Below, piece after piece: positions 7,852-11,707 of a stretch of 11,707 bases of DNA (position 1 is the stretch's first letter; the number at the start of each line of letters is the position of its first letter). Source of the stretch: Bacteroides sp. (GTDB lineage Bacteria > Bacteroidota > Bacteroidia > G022818785); contig CP063811.1 in the NCBI GenBank assembly GCA_022818785.1, forward strand, positions 242,305 through 254,011, in the 5' to 3' direction. A program made the position numbers and the translations under genes. Below the pieces are notes generated by a model. That model made no database searches. It was not told the DNA's origin and saw nothing but the letters and a program-made list of their open reading frames with translations.

Positions 7852-10208
7852 TGATAAATAAATTTGTTGGAGAACATTTAATACCTGGTATTATAGGAGA
7901 TAATTGTATTTTTTTATCATTTATATTAACATTCTTATCCTTTATATCATATACCTATTACAATAGGTATGTATCTCGTATTTTATACATAATTAATTGT
8001 CTATTAACTTACATAGCGATCCTATGTTTAGGATATATAATGTATAATAATTATTTTGAATACTACTATGTATGGGCTCATACATCAAAATATGCTCCAT
8101 ATTATTATAATATAGCTTCTATATGGGAAGGACAAGAGGGTAGTTTTATATTATGGATATTTTGGGAATCTGTATTAGGATTGATTATAATGTATTTTTA
8201 TCCTAAATGGGAAAAGAAAATGATGTTATTAATTTTAATATCAAGTTTAATGTTAAAGTCCATGATTTTAGGTATAAATTTTTGGGGGGTTAAAATAGGT
8301 TCGTCTCCATTTACATTGTTAAGAGATATAAAATTCACCAATAACAATCCTGGGTTAGATTATTTATCTAATATTTTTGATGGACAAGGATTGAATATTT
8401 TATTAAAAAATTATTGGATGATTATACATCCTCCTACATTGTTTGCAGGATATGCAGTTATGATAATGCCATATATATTTTCATTAATAAGTTTAACAAC
8501 TAAAAATTATAAATCTTCTATAAAGCATGCAATAATATGGAGTTTAATTTCTGCACTGGTATTAGGATCTGGTATTATTATGGGCGCATTATGGGCCTAT
8601 GAATCACTAAATTTTGGAGGATATTGGTCATGGGATCCTGTGGAAAATTTATCATTAATTCCATGGCTTGTTAATATAGCTAATTTACATATTTTAATAA
8701 TTTTATATAAAAAACAAAAAGCACATTTATTAACAATAATATTTTCTTTTATAAGTTTTTTATCAGTTTTGTATTCTTCTTTTATGACTAAAAGTGGTAT
8801 ATTAGAAAATACATCTATACATTCTTTTACAAATACAGGATTATCTACACAATTAATAATTTATATAATAATTATTTTATTAGGGTTTCTTTTTATTTTA
8901 TTTAAAAATAAAAATAATTTATTAAGAAATAATAATGAGGATGATTTACTATCTAAAGATTTTTGGATGTTAATAGGATCGTTAATAATATTTGTATCTA
9001 GTATACAAATATTTATTGCAACATCAATACCTATATGGAATAAAGTATTTAATACGAATATTGCACCTCCTGTTGATCCTATAAAATCGTTTAATAATAT
9101 ACAAATGCCTATAGTATGTATTGCTTTATTTGTATGTAGTATAAGTCAAATATTGGATTATAATTACAAAAATATTTATAAAATATTAAATTGTACAAAA
9201 AATTACTATATAATTGTATGTACAATAATTGTCAATATTATATTTTTTTATTTTAACAATCAAAATTTATCTTTTATACATATATTATTAATATTTATAA
9301 GTTTATTAAATATAATTACCAATTCATTTTTTTTATTTAAAACCTTTTTAAAAACAACAAAATATAATATAAGTATTAATGGATCTTCAATAGCACATAT
9401 AGGATTTGGAATTATGATTATAGGTATTATAATATCTGGTACTCAAAAATCTATTATTTCAAGAAATAATTTTCAAATTGATTATAATAAAAATTTAACA
9501 TATAAAGAAAATGTTCTTTTAATAAAAAATATTCCTGTGTATAGTAAAGAACACTGTATATTATATCAATATGATTATATAAATAATGATAAAAACTATT
9601 ATAAAATTAATATTAAAACATTATATGATAATGCAGTTATAGAAGAATTAAATTTATATCCAAGTATAATTGTAGATAACAATAATATTATATCTTTTCC
9701 TGCTATATATAAATCTTTTAATAAAGACATTTACACATATGTTAGTATAATTCCTAATGAAGAAGAATTATATACTGAATTTTGCCAAACAAAATTAAGC
9801 ATAGGTGATGTATATAGATATAATAATATGAAGTTTTCATTGTTAAATACTATATATGAAGATATTAAAAATGCACAAAATATAAATAGTTTAAAATTAT
9901 GTTTAAAAATAATAAATAATAATGTTGAATATTATGCATATCCATTAATTATATATAAAGACAATCACTTATTAACAGTTCCATATCTAATACCAGAATT
10001 AGATATTAAAATTTATGTTAATAAAGAAAAAAGTACAGATGATTATTTTCATTTTTCTTTTATGAATAAAAAAAATGTGAAAAATAATTGGATTGTATTA
10101 AAAGCTATTATTTTTCCATATATAAGTTTATTTTGGATTGGAAATTTAATTATGTTGTTAGGATTTTTAATTTCCATTTTTAATAAAATTAAAAATGGTA
10201 TTTTTTAA
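7851..10208 (+). CDS. ccmF: Cytochrome c heme lyase CcmF (long Bacteroidota type, 785 aa)
   Basis: WEGQEGS, IHPP, the WWD motif WAYESLNFGGYWSWDPVEN, SIHSF and AHIG, with many hydrophobic segments. Stop/start overlap (TAATG) with ccmE at 7849-7853. Confidence 0.93.
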   Translation: MINKFVGEHLIPGIIGDNCIFLSFILTFLSFISYTYYNRYVSRILYIINCLLTYIAILCLGYIMYNNYFEYYYVWAHTSKYAPYYYNIASIWEGQEGSFILWIFWESVLGLIIMYFYPKWEKKMMLLILISSLMLKSMILGINFWGVKIGSSPFTLLRDIKFTNNNPGLDYLSNIFDGQGLNILLKNYWMIIHPPTLFAGYAVMIMPYIFSLISLTTKNYKSSIKHAIIWSLISALVLGSGIIMGALWAYESLNFGGYWSWDPVENLSLIPWLVNIANLHILIILYKKQKAHLLTIIFSFISFLSVLYSSFMTKSGILENTSIHSFTNTGLSTQLIIYIIIILLGFLFILFKNKNNLLRNNNEDDLLSKDFWMLIGSLIIFVSSIQIFIATSIPIWNKVFNTNIAPPVDPIKSFNNIQMPIVCIALFVCSISQILDYNYKNIYKILNCTKNYYIIVCTIIVNIIFFYFNNQNLSFIHILLIFISLLNIITNSFFLFKTFLKTTKYNISINGSSIAHIGFGIMIIGIIISGTQKSIISRNNFQIDYNKNLTYKENVLLIKNIPVYSKEHCILYQYDYINNDKNYYKINIKTLYDNAVIEELNLYPSIIVDNNNIISFPAIYKSFNKDIYTYVSIIPNEEELYTEFCQTKLSIGDVYRYNNMKFSLLNTIYEDIKNAQNINSLKLCLKIINNNVEYYAYPLIIYKDNHLLTVPYLIPELDIKIYVNKEKSTDDYFHFSFMNKKNVKNNWIVLKAIIFPYISLFWIGNLIMLLGFLISIFNKIKNGIF

Positions 10209-11105
10209 ATTTAGAATTTTAATATCACTTTTTACATATATTACATTTTTATATTTTTTTAGCCATTTATTTTGCTTTTTTGCCAAAATATATGTATTAT
10301 GTTTTATTTTATTAATTGCCGTTTCTAAACTAATTTTATTATCTATAAAATCAAAGATTTCTTTATAACCAATAGTATTTAAAGCATATAAATTTTTATA
10401 TTTATATAATTTTTTTGCTTCATCAATAAGTCCTGTATTTATCATTTTATTTACACGATTAGATATATTATTATAAAGCATATCTTTATTTATATCAATA
10501 GCTATTTGAATAATATTATATTTGTCTATTAATCCAGGGATATTATTCTTACTTATGAAATAAGAATAAGGTTTTCCTGTTATAAAATAAACTTCTAATG
10601 CTCTAATAATTCTTACATAATTATTTATATCTGTATAGCAAAAATATTTATAATCTATATTAGATAACATATTTTGCAAATAATAAATACCATATTTTTT
10701 GTATTGCTTGATAAAATAATCTCTTATATAGCCATTTTTTTCGGGCAAATCCTTAATACCATATATTAATCTGTCAATATATAATCCACTACCTCCTACT
10801 AATATTATAGTATTATATTTTTTAAATAGATTATTTACTAATTGAATAATTCTTTTAAAAAAAATTCCCACACTGAAATTTTCTAAAATACTAATTACTC
10901 CTATCATGTGGTGTTTTACATCACATAAATATCTTATAGGAGGCCTATCAGAACCTATAATTAATTCTTTATATACCTGCCTTGAATCAACAGATATTAT
11001 TTCAGTTTCATAAATTTTTGCTAGTTGTAATGCCATATTGGTTTTTCCTGAAGCAGTTATCCCACTAATAACAATGACATTCTTTTTAGGATTATTTTCT
11101 TTCAT
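10167..11105 (-). CDS. miaA: tRNA dimethylallyltransferase, 312 aa
   Basis: P-loop GITASGKT, EIISVDSRQVYK, HHMI, VGGSGLY, RIIRALEV, TIGYKE and LAKKQ..W motifs. Start revised to ATG 11105 because the track's first 48 codons run through the 5S rRNA gene and spacer. Confidence 0.94.
   Translation of the reverse strand: MKENNPKKNVIVISGITASGKTNMALQLAKIYETEIISVDSRQVYKELIIGSDRPPIRYLCDVKHHMIGVISILENFSVGIFFKRIIQLVNNLFKKYNTIILVGGSGLYIDRLIYGIKDLPEKNGYIRDYFIKQYKKYGIYYLQNMLSNIDYKYFCYTDINNYVRIIRALEVYFITGKPYSYFISKNNIPGLIDKYNIIQIAIDINKDMLYNNISNRVNKMINTGLIDEAKKLYKYKNLYALNTIGYKEIFDFIDNKISLETAINKIKHNTYILAKKQNKWLKKYKNVIYVKSDIKILNLKNTIFNFIKNGN
10174..10206 (+). terminator. Perfect 11-bp inverted repeat followed by a T-tract inside the ccmF/miaA overlap (terminator-like, function unproven)
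   Basis: CCATTTTTAAT (10174-10184), loop AAA, ATTAAAAATGG (10188-10198), then TATTTTTT. Only two G-C pairs, so the stem is weak. Confidence 0.4.
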
Positions 11106-11134
11106 GAAAGAAATAACATATATGAATATTGGTA

Positions 11135-11252
11135 ATAATGGGCACTTACCTACTTTCCCGCGTTTTACCGTAGTATCATCGGCACTAACAGTCTTAACTT
11201 CTTTGTTCGAAATGGAATAAAGGTGAACCCTGTCGTTAATAGCACCCATTAT
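11135..11252 (-). rRNA. rrf: 5S ribosomal RNA (ends approximate)
   Basis: Minus strand ATAATGGGTG...CACCTTTATTCCATTTCGAACAAAGAAGTTAAG...GCCGATGATACT...GGGAAAGTAGGT...TGCCCATTAT. Conserved loop C CGAAC and loop E AGTA; the termini form a 10-bp helix I; located about 66 bp downstream of 23S. Confidence 0.95.
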
Positions 11253-11318
11253 ATTTTTAATTTTTTGAATATTAAAAGATGGATAAAAAATAATATAATA
11301 TTTTATAATATATATAAA

Positions 11319-11707
<389 letters not shown>

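Noticed and set aside
11038-11220. 60-aa + strand ORF
   Set aside because: Antisense to the miaA start and the 5S rRNA gene.
11106-11249. 48-codon in-frame N-terminal extension of miaA starting at an ATG at the 5' end of the 5S gene (apparent rRNA/protein dual coding)
   Set aside because: MiaA similarity starts at ATG 11105, and the extension is 5S rRNA plus spacer. An open frame of this length is plausible by chance, and the mature 5S is structured and processed. Only proteomics or ribosome profiling could rescue the idea.

Overview
Gene-dense, very AT-rich window (about 20-25% GC from spot counts) from a Bacteroidota genome with the hallmarks of a reduced endosymbiont: spacers of about 12-100 bp, overlapping convergent genes, Asn/Ile/Lys-rich proteins and no Shine-Dalgarno motifs. 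Content from left to right: 5' half of fusA, rpsG, rpsL, pheS and gyrA (all minus strand); rbfA (+); lpdA and tRNA-His(GUG) (-); a coupled ccmE-ccmF pair (+); miaA, 5S rRNA and the 3' end of 23S rRNA (-). I found no mobile element, CRISPR array or unexplained ORF, so I cannot claim a new gene system. Best leads: (1) a Cys-type (CxxxY, System I*) CcmE-CcmF heme-attachment module detached from ccmABC, whose CcmF has an apparently duplicated soluble module; (2) a perfect 11-bp inverted repeat inside the ccmF/miaA overlap that gives both proteins nearly identical C-termini; (3) miaA directly behind the 5S gene with no visible rrn terminator; (4) markers suggesting a lineage other than the known Flavobacteriales insect symbionts. 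All family assignments come from motif recognition, not database searches.
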